From an uncultured virus (IMG/VR IMGVR_UViG_3300008267_000234) (taxonomy: Duplodnaviria; Heunggongvirae; Uroviricota; Caudoviricetes): a stretch of DNA of 64,000 nt. This document shows, in pieces, positions 29,442-39,333 of the stretch (within the stretch, counting starts at the first letter, position 1; each line of letters starts with the position of its first letter). The stretch lies in IMG/VR virus record IMGVR_UViG_3300008267_000234. One strand, written 5' to 3'. A program made the position numbers and the translations under genes. A model generated the notes under the pieces. That model did no database searches, was not told the origin of the DNA, and saw nothing but the letters and a program-made list of their open reading frames with translations.

Positions 29442-30636
29442 ATGCCGTACCGTTTAGACCCGAACACAGGACAGCTTGTATGGGATGGGCCTTCCGTCAC
29501 ACAGGCGACCCGTGATTCCCTCGGGACTCAGATCAGGGAGCTTCAGGCGCAGATCGACGCACTGAGCTTTATTGATCTGGATGATGTCCCGACTACGTAC
29601 ACGGGGCAGTCTGGGAAGATCCTCTCGGTAAAGAGCGCGGAGAACGGATTGGAGTTCATCACAAACAGCGGGGGCGCAGGCGTAACGGATGGAGATAAAG
29701 GCGATGTGGTGGTCTCTGGAACAGGCACCGTCTGGACTATTGATGCAGGCGCAATCACCACGGCGAAGATTGCAGACGGACAAGTGACGGTTGCAAAAAC
29801 CAGTGGCTTCGGGTCAATCGCAACCCAAGCGTCAAGCAGTGTCGCCATCACTGGCGGCACCATCACAGGCACCACGGTCAGCGGAATCACCCTCAGTGGC
29901 AGTGCCACCCCCACGCTGGCGGTGACGGGCACGACGGCGGTGTCAGGCACAAACACAGGCGACCAGACTATCACGCTGACGGGCGACGTTACCGGATCCG
30001 GCACCGGATCATTTGCCGCAACCATCGCAGCCAGCGCCGTCACATATGCCAAGATGCAAGCCGTCTCGGCGGCGTCCCGACTGCTCGGGCGAGGCACCGC
30101 AGGCACGACGGCAGTGCGGGAGATTTCACTGGGCACCGGATTGTCCATGTCCGGGGATGTTCTATCAGCTACGGCCACGGGCGGCGGCACTAACACCATT
30201 CTCCAATTCTTCCCACGGGACGCGGAGTTTCCGGCGACGAACTTTGCGACTATCGACACTCGAAACAACCACCCGTGTCTGGACTTTGACGACACCACCG
30301 TCGAAACCGTTTTCTTCACCGGGTTTATCCCGCAGGGGGCGACGTTTGCCGGAACGGGAACGGCTCTGACCTTCGTCCTTGAGTCAACTGCCACTAGCGC
30401 AACCAGTGGATGACAATTTCGGGACGGCTCAGGGCGGGAGTGCAGCAGTCAACGCGACATCCGGCATCGTCACCGAGGTGTCCGTCACATTCACGCAAGC
30501 CCAACTTCCCACCAGTCTCGCCGCTGGCGACATGATCCGCGTCCGCGTCCAGCGCAACACATCCGTTTCTGGGGATCATACCGGAGACGCTGAACTGCTC
30601 GGAGTCTACGCCAACATGACACCGCAGATCCCATAA
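29442..30636 (+). pseudogene. Tail/head fibre protein interrupted by a frame break at ~30407-30413
   Basis: T/G/S-rich fibre repeats (TGDQTITLTGDVTGSG, AVTYAKMQ); C-terminal domain stops at ATSG and continues in another frame as DDNFGTAQ...AAGD.IRVRV.R...TGDAEL. Confidence 0.65.
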
Positions 30637-30637
30637 C

Positions 30638-31264
30638 ATGGCCTTCCTCTTCGCCAGCGCATCGTCTCAATACCTGATCGGCGGGTCTGCTCCGGTTTCG
30701 GCGGTGCCGCTAACAATAGCGGCGTGGTTTAGACCAACCGCATCGGGAGCTAGTGGCGCTATCTGCGCTGTTGGCGGCGTAACGGATCACTGTCGGCTAA
30801 GTCTTTCATCCGGGCAAATACAAGCACTATCATTCGGCAGCGCATCCCCACAATCATCAACATCTGGCAGTATAACCGCAGGTCAGTGGGCGCATTGTGC
30901 TGCGGTATTTTCCGGGACAGCTAGTCGCATCGCATACCTAAATGGCGTTGCTGCAACGGAAAACACCACTAACTGCACCCAGGGATCGTTCAGTGAAACA
31001 CTGATCGGAGCCAGGCGAATAACCACGCTTGCTCAATTTATCAGTGGAGACATCGCAGAAGTCGGGGTCTGGAATGCCGCCCTCACCGCCGATGAAATCG
31101 CCGGACTAGCCAAGGGATTCCCCTGCCGACTCGCCCGTCCATCCTCGCTCCAATTTTACTCCCGACTCATCCGAAACGCCATGGACATCCGGGGAGGAAT
31201 TGCCCTGACGAATACCAACGGCGCAACCGTCTCAGATCACCCGCGCATCATCTACCCATGCTGA
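30638..31264 (+). CDS. LamG/concanavalin A-like domain virion protein
   Basis: LTIAAWF, GQWAH.AAV, YLNG, IGA, G.IAEV.VWN.ALT.DEI. Confidence 0.85.
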   Translation: MAFLFASASSQYLIGGSAPVSAVPLTIAAWFRPTASGASGAICAVGGVTDHCRLSLSSGQIQALSFGSASPQSSTSGSITAGQWAHCAAVFSGTASRIAYLNGVAATENTTNCTQGSFSETLIGARRITTLAQFISGDIAEVGVWNAALTADEIAGLAKGFPCRLARPSSLQFYSRLIRNAMDIRGGIALTNTNGATVSDHPRIIYPC

Positions 31265-31596
31265 CTCCACCTCCGCCACCTGCCGACCCAGCCGCACAAG
31301 TGGCTGCGCGGACCATCTTTCAAGAGGTATCCTATGAGCTACAGCGCCGGATTGCGCTGCACCAGAACCTGTTCCAGAAGGTCTGGCATTCGACCGACTA
31401 CACGCCACAACAATTCTTTGATGAATGCGGGGCGCAGGGCGAGAAATTCCTAGCCATCGCGGGCGCAAACGTCGCCCACATTGCGGCGCTGGCGGTCATT
31501 GACGGGAAGACTCTCAACGACCTGATCGACCCCAGCGAGTACGTCCCGCCAGTCTCCTACAGCATCAACCAAGACGGATCAGTCACCCTCTCATAA
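31258..31596 (+). CDS. Fibre-associated hypothetical protein
   Basis: Overlaps LamG gene end. Confidence 0.7.
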   Translation: MLTPPPPPADPAAQVAARTIFQEVSYELQRRIALHQNLFQKVWHSTDYTPQQFFDECGAQGEKFLAIAGANVAHIAALAVIDGKTLNDLIDPSEYVPPVSYSINQDGSVTLS

Positions 31597-31597
31597 C

Positions 31598-31831
31598 ATG
31601 CAGGAACTCAACACAATCTTCTCCACATTCGGGACTCCGGGGCTCCTCATTGCTTCCGTCTACTACGTCGTCAAAGAAGTTAAATCGCAGTTTGACTCGC
31701 GAGTCGGAGAAATGAAGACCCAGTATGACGCTCGGATAACCGCCCTTGAAAAGCGATCCGAAGACTGCGAGAAAGACAGGATCGCTCTCAGGGACATGAT
31801 TATCAACACCAAGACTCAGCCAAATGCCTGA
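31598..31831 (+). CDS. Holin-like single-TM coiled-coil protein
   Basis: N-terminal G..GLLI helix then coiled coil. Confidence 0.5.
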   Translation: MQELNTIFSTFGTPGLLIASVYYVVKEVKSQFDSRVGEMKTQYDARITALEKRSEDCEKDRIALRDMIINTKTQPNA

Positions 31832-33023
31832 TATTACCGTATCGTCCCCAATTCACACGTTCATGCAAGCTGCCGATAAGACAGCTATGCGTGCGGCGCT
31901 TGATCTTCCAATCACCCAAGCGTGGACTTCGGCGGCACTGTCTGGTGCATACGGGGTAACGATTGTCGCTACGGCTACGACCAACGTCACGCTGCCGACA
32001 TCCGGAACTCTCGCCTCAACCGCTGCGAAGATTTCAGACTTCGCTGCATGTACCTCTTCGGAGCTTGCCGGGAAGATTAGCGATGAGACCGGAACTGGCG
32101 CTCTGGTGTTTGCGAATACGCCAACACTGGTGACTCCGGTTCTTGGGGTTGCGACTGCCACCAGCATCAACAAGGTCACGATTACGGCTCCGGCAACAAG
32201 CGCCACGTTGACAATCTCCAACGGGGCTGCACTGACTGTCTCTGGGAATGTCACCCTGTCGTCCAGCGGATCATGCACGCTGACTCTCGGCGGAAACAAC
32301 ATCACGTTCGCTACATCTGGAGCTACGTCACTGACGCTTCCGACCACTGGAACGGTTGCGACTCTTGCTGGGGTTGAAACTCTATCGGGCAAGACTCTGA
32401 GTTCTTGCAGCCTCGGCACGCCACTCGACGGCGAGCTTAGTAACTGCACGGGCTATACTCTTGATGCAATTTCTGGCATTGCGTCTGCGGCTGTAACCTT
32501 CCTCTCCTCTCCAACCAGCGCAAACCTTGCCGCTGCCGTCACGGGAGAAACAGGCTCCGGCGCTCTCGTCTTTGCGACTTCCCCGACCCTTGTCACTCCA
32601 AACATCGGGGTAGCTACTGGACAGAGCCTTGCTGTCACTGGCGCGTTGACATCCAGCGGCGGGAATATCGGATACCTTGCCGGAGCTGGAGGGACTGTAA
32701 CGCAGATCACAAGCCAGACGACTGCCGTCACTCTGAATACGCTTTCCGGGATGGTGCAGATGATCAGCGGAGTATCTATCAATCATGAAACTGTTGCCGT
32801 TTTTCAAGTAAATAACAGCCGCGTTGCTCAATCAGATGTGGTGATTGTCTCTATCCGTGGAGGGACGAACAGTGGGAATACTCAGGCAAATGTTGTGGAA
32901 GTTGGCTCTGGGTATTTCAAGATTGCTGTGTCGAACAATAACGCAAGCGGTGGAACCCACGAAACTGGTTCCGCGATTCAAATCAACTTTGCAGTCTTCA
33001 AAGCGACAACCGCAGTATCCTAA
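31824..33023 (+). CDS. Fibre protein (399 aa)
   Basis: Duplicated ETG.GALVFA..PTLVTP..GVAT unit; GGTVTQ.TS.TT.VTLN C-terminal domain. Confidence 0.8.
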   Translation: MPDITVSSPIHTFMQAADKTAMRAALDLPITQAWTSAALSGAYGVTIVATATTNVTLPTSGTLASTAAKISDFAACTSSELAGKISDETGTGALVFANTPTLVTPVLGVATATSINKVTITAPATSATLTISNGAALTVSGNVTLSSSGSCTLTLGGNNITFATSGATSLTLPTTGTVATLAGVETLSGKTLSSCSLGTPLDGELSNCTGYTLDAISGIASAAVTFLSSPTSANLAAAVTGETGSGALVFATSPTLVTPNIGVATGQSLAVTGALTSSGGNIGYLAGAGGTVTQITSQTTAVTLNTLSGMVQMISGVSINHETVAVFQVNNSRVAQSDVVIVSIRGGTNSGNTQANVVEVGSGYFKIAVSNNNASGGTHETGSAIQINFAVFKATTAVS

Positions 33024-34795
33024 TGCCATCCGTCCCTCGGCAGACATCTCAAGCTCCGCAGCGGCAAAGGACTCGGGTATATCCAACTCCTAAGATTGCT
33101 GATGTAATCATCAGCCAGCGGTTTGAGACATCGCGAGTAACCATTCCAGCATACGGCTCGGCGCATCCAGACTCCACTCAGTACCCGAATCACAAGTTTG
33201 TCTACGCCCGCGTGGCAGATGAACAAGGTCTGTTTTTTGAGTTTGTCTACGCCGCCAATAGGGCGAACCAAGAGGATTATAACTACGAGATCACCTACCC
33301 ATACGGCGGGGAGATTAAGTACCCACGAATCACGCGGAAGTACATCCTGCCTCGCGGAGACAACTCGCTTACTCTTGGTTCTGCCGATCCAGGGACTACG
33401 CTCACTGGACTTTACGAGTACAGGCAACCCGGCGGGCAGTTCAGATACCTTCAGCCAAGCGGAGGATTCACCTACGAGTTCCAAGCAATCACGCAGGCAA
33501 CACTGGTTGCTCAGTCAGAGCGCCCGCTTGGTGATGAGCTAAACAGCTTGTACGTCGAGGTGACCCGCGTGTACGATGTCATCCCTGGGTCTGAAGATTC
33601 GACAAGCAGCAATGGCTTCGGGCAGGTAGATAACGGGTACACGGTTGAGCGGCCAATCCAAGACAAGAACTGGGTGCGGTTGACGTGGACGCTGGAGCTT
33701 CCGCGAACGATTGCTGATTCGTACCGCAAGGATAACTTCGATCAATGCCCGATCTCCGGGTACGTAAATCTGTTTCTGGTCAACGAGTCCATCAAGTCTG
33801 CTGACGACCAAAATCAGACATCGAAGATCGTTCGGGTGTACGAGGGCAATATCGCCGGAGACGCAACGATTTCTCAGGCAAGCGTCAAAGGGAGAGCGCG
33901 GGAGTTCCCCGGAAAGATGCCGCCGGAGAAGTTCCTGTCGTTCGTCGAGACAAGGACTGACGCAAACCGCATTATCACCCCAGACGACTTTGCTTTGGAT
34001 GAAGTATCCGCCCCGACCGGGATGCAACTTCTCGGCTCAAAGGTTGCGCCAGATGGAACGAACTCCGGTGAACGTAGCGTCACGGCGACAAAGTACGAAC
34101 TCGGCACCGTCAGCGGTAAGCGATGGGACGATAATCTCCGGGACTATATTCCATACACTATATCTGTCGTCAGTTCTGATGACGGCATCAACTACGTCGA
34201 GGAACCCGGTGAGCAGATCGAAGTCCAGCCAATCAATCGGTACTGGTCAATCGTTACCCGCGAGACTCCGCGTGAAACGGCAGCACCTCAACTAGTCAAG
34301 GAATACTACACGTCACGGCCATTCACTTGGCCCGCCGTTCTTCCGTCTGGTGGACCGGGTGCGCTTCGGTGGGATGGATTAAAGCGCAGGATGCCGCGTG
34401 GAAGCGAAACGTTCATTAAAGAGCTGTTCTACCAGTTTACATTGCGCCGTGCTTGGAGTGGCATCTGCAAAGCAAAGGTTCGCCTTTGGTGGCAGAAAAA
34501 TACTCCAATTATCAATCCAATCGAAGCGATGCAGCCAACAGAGATTGATGTCTCATGGCCCATTGGGAGAATCTTTGTTCCCCCATGTTTGCATGGGCGA
34601 TACGATTTCAATGGCACGACCGGAGATGACAATCCAGACTATTTTCCAATAAACTTTTCGATGATTGTAGACGCAACCAACTATGTTGATTGGCCTGAGT
34701 CGTTACTTGTTTCATCCAAGAGCGAACCGTACAAGGGTGGTTTTCGTTGCGAAGAGGTCATCATTTACAGCCCGCCTGAGTACATCCCGGAATGA
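33023..34795 (+). CDS. Tail structural protein (590 aa)
   Basis: Beta-rich ORF in virion operon. Confidence 0.65.
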   Translation: MPSVPRQTSQAPQRQRTRVYPTPKIADVIISQRFETSRVTIPAYGSAHPDSTQYPNHKFVYARVADEQGLFFEFVYAANRANQEDYNYEITYPYGGEIKYPRITRKYILPRGDNSLTLGSADPGTTLTGLYEYRQPGGQFRYLQPSGGFTYEFQAITQATLVAQSERPLGDELNSLYVEVTRVYDVIPGSEDSTSSNGFGQVDNGYTVERPIQDKNWVRLTWTLELPRTIADSYRKDNFDQCPISGYVNLFLVNESIKSADDQNQTSKIVRVYEGNIAGDATISQASVKGRAREFPGKMPPEKFLSFVETRTDANRIITPDDFALDEVSAPTGMQLLGSKVAPDGTNSGERSVTATKYELGTVSGKRWDDNLRDYIPYTISVVSSDDGINYVEEPGEQIEVQPINRYWSIVTRETPRETAAPQLVKEYYTSRPFTWPAVLPSGGPGALRWDGLKRRMPRGSETFIKELFYQFTLRRAWSGICKAKVRLWWQKNTPIINPIEAMQPTEIDVSWPIGRIFVPPCLHGRYDFNGTTGDDNPDYFPINFSMIVDATNYVDWPESLLVSSKSEPYKGGFRCEEVIIYSPPEYIPE

Positions 34796-35505
34796 TTCCA
34801 CTGAACGTATTACATCTCCTAAACCCGGACGAAATTCCAGATGGACTGCCGGGGATTGCCGCGCCGCTTTCAAGTAGTGAAACAATCATTGCTGGTGACG
34901 GCATCGGCATTCAAGAAATCAACGGCGACTACATCGTGTCCGTTAATGACTCGGTCGTCCAAGAAGCAGTTCGCGCCGTTGTCATGCCTCCGCAGGAAGA
35001 TCCGCTCACCGGGATGGGATTCCGCGTCTCGTATGCAGATGGCGTGGTCAGTATCAATCGCGGGTACATCCTGAACTCGTACTACGTGAATCCTCAATGG
35101 AAGAGCGAAGAGACGCGGGTTCCGGCTGGCGAAATCAGCATCAATAAAGATTCTTCTCAGTGTTCCATTTATATCGCAATCGGAATGAGTTTGTTCGGTA
35201 GCGAGGAAAACTCTCCATGGACTATGTATTATAATGAAGTGACGATTGAATCAACTGTATACGTGTCAGCGATCACGCTTAGAACAGAATGGAAGGGTTT
35301 GGACCTGACTCAGTTTGAGGCTATTGGAGAAAAGAGTCTTTTTGAAGCCTACTTCGACGAGCTTCCAATCTTTCCGGATGACACTAAGATCCGAATTCTC
35401 CTTGCTGATATCGATGGAAATGGCGTTGTGAGCCAGTCTCACATTGGTCTCATCACCCTTCCGCAGACATACGAGACCAAAGTTCAAGCATGGGAGTTAA
35501 CCTGA
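34792..35505 (+). CDS. Virion protein, paralog C
   Basis: Shares C-terminal IRI.LA...NGV..Q.H.G.IT with next gene. Confidence 0.7.
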   Translation: MIPLNVLHLLNPDEIPDGLPGIAAPLSSSETIIAGDGIGIQEINGDYIVSVNDSVVQEAVRAVVMPPQEDPLTGMGFRVSYADGVVSINRGYILNSYYVNPQWKSEETRVPAGEISINKDSSQCSIYIAIGMSLFGSEENSPWTMYYNEVTIESTVYVSAITLRTEWKGLDLTQFEAIGEKSLFEAYFDELPIFPDDTKIRILLADIDGNGVVSQSHIGLITLPQTYETKVQAWELT

Positions 35506-35508
35506 ACC

Positions 35509-36111
35509 ATGAATGTCATTCCCGGCTACGCAATCCAGGTCATCCCGAGTGATCTTGGAACGCTTATTGCCTTGGACCGAGACAGATTAGAGACTGATGT
35601 TGCCGAGGTGATTCAAGAAGAAGAGACAGATTTTGCAAAGGACTTTGATTTCCGGTGCGAGGTAATCGACGCCGCAGTTTCAGTAAACAAAGGGCGAGTC
35701 AGGGTTTCTGCCCCTGGGCCGAATATCGCATACGCCACACAAACGATTTTACAGACAACGCTATCCGGGTTTCTGCCTGATGAAGAAGGAGATATTTTTA
35801 TTGAAGCAGAGGTCACCGAAGATCTAACTCAACCAACCGTAACTGATGGCGCTGGTGGTGTAGTGACGTTTGCAGGTAATCCATATAATTATGCTGCTCA
35901 AACAGGAAACAACCCCAAGGGGCTCGGTTTCCCCGTAGTAACAAAAGGAGTCATGCCGCCAAGCACGATGGACCGCATTCGCATCCGACTTGCCGAGTAT
36001 TTAGTGGATGAAAACGGCGTGATCTCGTTGACGCAAACTCACTTCGGACCAATAACCGTCCTGCAACCAACCCAGCATAGCGGCTTCGCGATTTTCTTCC
36101 GCATCGTCTGA
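35509..36111 (+). CDS. Virion protein, paralog D
   Basis: Paralog of previous gene. Confidence 0.7.
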   Translation: MNVIPGYAIQVIPSDLGTLIALDRDRLETDVAEVIQEEETDFAKDFDFRCEVIDAAVSVNKGRVRVSAPGPNIAYATQTILQTTLSGFLPDEEGDIFIEAEVTEDLTQPTVTDGAGGVVTFAGNPYNYAAQTGNNPKGLGFPVVTKGVMPPSTMDRIRIRLAEYLVDENGVISLTQTHFGPITVLQPTQHSGFAIFFRIV

Positions 36112-36152
36112 CCCATTGACTCTTTCTCAATCTTGAATACCATCACCATCAA

Positions 36153-37094
36153 GTGAAGACCGTCGCTCAAATCAACAGCCTCCTTTCGGCGTATCTCCCG
36201 CTGAACGACGGTCATTCGTCTGCAACCAGCATCATCCCGATGCTTAATCAGGTGATGCCTCGTCTGTACGACATGGGGAACTGGAGAGCATTGCAGGAGC
36301 AGATCGACATGGATGCCAGTGCTGGGTATCTCTGCCTCCCGGAGGATTACGAGTCGATCATCATGGCTCGACTGAATGATTTTCCAATAGACATCCAGAG
36401 CCCGCATTACGAGTTTCAAAAGAATGGACCAGGGTACATTGAAGGTCCAGCTTCGTTCATCTACGGACTGATCGACGAAGGCTTTGTTCCGACAATGTCT
36501 GATCTGCCCATCGATGGCGTGGACGCACTGACGTTTACGTTGATTTCCGGGACATGGGATGCCTCTGATTCCATTCGTGTTGACTATATCACAGATACAG
36601 GGAAGGCCGTCTGGTCCGTTTCTCTCACCGGACTCTCCACGATCACACTGACTCCAGCGACCCCGATTACTGCCATCAAGAGCATTCAGTACACATCCAT
36701 GCCGGATCGCGTTCTGGCAACGGATGCGGACGACATCATCTACTCAGTCCTGCTTCCCGGCAGCAATGTCAGCGAGTACCGTCGCTACAAAGTCCCGCAA
36801 ATCTCTCCGGAAAATACACAGGAATGGCGCGTGACCGCATTGGTAAAGAAGAAATTCCAAGAGATCACGGCGAACACGGACCTTGTCTACATCGACAACA
36901 TCAACGTCCTCAAGCATTCCTTCCTTGCCATCATTGCCGAGGATAATGCGGACCTTGAACGCTCCAATTTCCACTGGTCACAGGTCAACCGCCAGCTCCA
37001 GCTTGAACTCAGCGAATCCCGTGGCGGTGCGAAAGGACGACCTCAGTTTGAAATCTGGGGCGCAGGCATCCCTAGTCTCCCATCACGATATTGA
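36153..37094 (+). CDS. Head-tail adaptor/tail tubular-like protein
   Basis: Helical termini with central LP.DY..I motif, typical adaptor layout. Confidence 0.55.
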   Translation: MKTVAQINSLLSAYLPLNDGHSSATSIIPMLNQVMPRLYDMGNWRALQEQIDMDASAGYLCLPEDYESIIMARLNDFPIDIQSPHYEFQKNGPGYIEGPASFIYGLIDEGFVPTMSDLPIDGVDALTFTLISGTWDASDSIRVDYITDTGKAVWSVSLTGLSTITLTPATPITAIKSIQYTSMPDRVLATDADDIIYSVLLPGSNVSEYRRYKVPQISPENTQEWRVTALVKKKFQEITANTDLVYIDNINVLKHSFLAIIAEDNADLERSNFHWSQVNRQLQLELSESRGGAKGRPQFEIWGAGIPSLPSRY

Positions 37095-37096
37095 TT

Positions 37097-38242
37097 ATGG
37101 CTTCTCTCTCCGAAACTCCATCCATGCGGCAGGCGCGAGAAACAGCCTTCCGAGACAAGTCCTTGCTCAGTAAGCGGTATCGACAGGCGAAGTCTTCCGG
37201 TGACTTCGGAAAAGCCATGGAGGTAGCGCAGCAGGCAGATAAGATGGGGATGCCAGTCGGAGTGACGGGCAGCTTCGATCAGTTGGCGCAAACCGGGCAG
37301 CGCAGGTACGAGCAAGGAATGTTCGCAGCCGGACAGCAACCAGAGAAGACTGGGCTGGACGCATTCGATTTCCGGCAGGCATCCCAAAGGGGAGCGGCAG
37401 GCGTTGGCGGATACGACTTTCGGCAAGGGGCGCAGAGGCGAGCAATGCAGCCAGCGGAAGACATGGCTCCGACAGATCCGACCGGGCAGAAGGTTCCGCC
37501 AGTGCCGCTTTCGACAACGGTTCCGGGAACTGAATTGACCGCTTCTCCGCAGCAGCAGGGTGGTGCCGCTCCTCGTCCAGAACTCGCCAGTCAGTTCGCG
37601 GACATCTGGGGCAAAGCGAAAACGCAGGGGCAGAAAGACAGTGTCCTGCTCGCCGCTTACAAGGCGGGCGTTCCGCTGAATGACTTTGGGAACAAGGAAC
37701 TGCTTCGTGTTACAGGCAAACCAGAAGAGCCAGCGCAGGGTCCAGTAGCGCCAGTAGCGTCCAGCCGAATGGTCGAAGTAAATCCAGCCGGATATACCGT
37801 TGCCACGGACGAAGGGAAGAAGTACATGCAAGCAAGAGAGCAAATATTCCTTAAAGATCCTGCTTTTGCTAAACGAAGGGCAGATGCCGCCGCCGCAGAT
37901 TCTCAACGCAGAGATCAATTCAATGCGACCGAGTATGCTCGCAAGACTCAGGAGCAACAAGCAATGGATCTCAATGAAAAGGCAAGACAGGACGAACTGA
38001 GTTCGTTTGATGCCGAGGTGCAAAGGAAGCAGCAGCAGCAAGCTGAGACCCTCTACGATCTTGAGCAAAGGCAGCTCGATACAGGCAATCGGATGAAGGC
38101 TCTTTCCAAAGAAGAGAAAGCGAGCAACAGCGGATCATTCATCACAAGGATGCCACAGAACACGGAGCGCATGTATCTCGACATGACCCGCCCAAGCGCA
38201 AGAAAGAAAATACAGAACCAAGGACGACTCACTAGACGATAA
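37097..38242 (+). CDS. Internal virion (ejection) protein candidate
   Basis: Q/A-rich helical, before giant protein. Confidence 0.6.
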   Translation: MASLSETPSMRQARETAFRDKSLLSKRYRQAKSSGDFGKAMEVAQQADKMGMPVGVTGSFDQLAQTGQRRYEQGMFAAGQQPEKTGLDAFDFRQASQRGAAGVGGYDFRQGAQRRAMQPAEDMAPTDPTGQKVPPVPLSTTVPGTELTASPQQQGGAAPRPELASQFADIWGKAKTQGQKDSVLLAAYKAGVPLNDFGNKELLRVTGKPEEPAQGPVAPVASSRMVEVNPAGYTVATDEGKKYMQAREQIFLKDPAFAKRRADAAAADSQRRDQFNATEYARKTQEQQAMDLNEKARQDELSSFDAEVQRKQQQQAETLYDLEQRQLDTGNRMKALSKEEKASNSGSFITRMPQNTERMYLDMTRPSARKKIQNQGRLTRR

Positions 38243-38243
38243 G

Positions 38244-39287
38244 ATGGCACCTCCCCTGAAACCAATCGCCCGCGCACGCTCCCAGTTCTTTGGCGAGCCG
38301 GAGCCGTCGCAGTTCTTCCCGCCATCCCCGGCGCTGAAGACCATGTCTCCGTTTGGGCAGTACGATTCCCCCGCTCTGCTTGGCGAACAGATGATGGAAC
38401 GCGAAGACATCCTTGCCCGCAGAAACAAGCTGGCAACGGATCTCGCTGGTGGCGCATACCAACGGCAGCAGTTTGCTTCCCAGGGTCGCATCCTTCCTTT
38501 TTCCGAACAGGTAGCCATCGCATCCGCTCAACTCGCGGAGAAGCAAGCTCTCGGAAATCTGGAGGACTTGCCGCAAGCGCAAGAGGCAGAGCGCGTCACC
38601 CGTGACTACCGGATGGCGCAGGCAAGGCAGGGGATGCAGGATATTCCAGCGCAGGCTCAATACGAGCAAGAGCAGCGAGGGTATAACTTGGAGCGGATGG
38701 CTGCGGATGACGTGAATGTTCGCAGGCTCCAGAGCTTCGCAAAGAATCCCGGTACACTCCTTGCCTACGAACGGTTCCAAGAAGATCCGGCGCTCTCAAC
38801 TCTTCCGACGGCCCAGCGAAAGAAGGCTGCGTACACTCGCGCCCTTCAGTTGGAGCAGGACTCTGAAGCCATCGACGCCATTGATACGATCCTGCAAACC
38901 GATCCGGCTGCGAATCCAGCGAAACGCGGGATGCTTGTCGAGCCAGTCTTTGACCCAGTCACGAAGTCCTTCATCGGAGAGCGCATCAAGGATTCTGCCG
39001 ACAGGGGGATGGTTTCTCAGTACATCGCCAAGGCGAAGAACCAGCGGAGGCAGATGGAGGTTGAGAGGGAAAAACGCCTCTCGAACGAATCAACTCAGCG
39101 GTTTGACCTTGGTCGTCAACGGATGGCTATGGCCGCTATCGACAAACTAATGCGAGGTGAAAATTTCGATGATTTGCCAGAAGATGAGAAGGCGGATCTC
39201 TTGGAGCTTCAAAAGCGAGCTGCCGGACTACAAGGCGACCAGCAAAACGCGCCAGCGACCAAGGGTGCAGTTAATCGTCTCCAGTAA
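38244..39287 (+). CDS. Internal virion (ejection) protein candidate
   Basis: Q/A/E-rich helical. Confidence 0.6.
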   Translation: MAPPLKPIARARSQFFGEPEPSQFFPPSPALKTMSPFGQYDSPALLGEQMMEREDILARRNKLATDLAGGAYQRQQFASQGRILPFSEQVAIASAQLAEKQALGNLEDLPQAQEAERVTRDYRMAQARQGMQDIPAQAQYEQEQRGYNLERMAADDVNVRRLQSFAKNPGTLLAYERFQEDPALSTLPTAQRKKAAYTRALQLEQDSEAIDAIDTILQTDPAANPAKRGMLVEPVFDPVTKSFIGERIKDSADRGMVSQYIAKAKNQRRQMEVEREKRLSNESTQRFDLGRQRMAMAAIDKLMRGENFDDLPEDEKADLLELQKRAAGLQGDQQNAPATKGAVNRLQ

Positions 39288-39333
39288 ACTCACGGCTTGA
39301 TTTTTCCCGCGTGCGCCTGTAGTTGCAGGACGC

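Noticed and set aside
26811..33484. Long antisense ORFs opposite capsid and fibre genes
   Set aside because: Shadow frames of strongly biased plus-strand genes.
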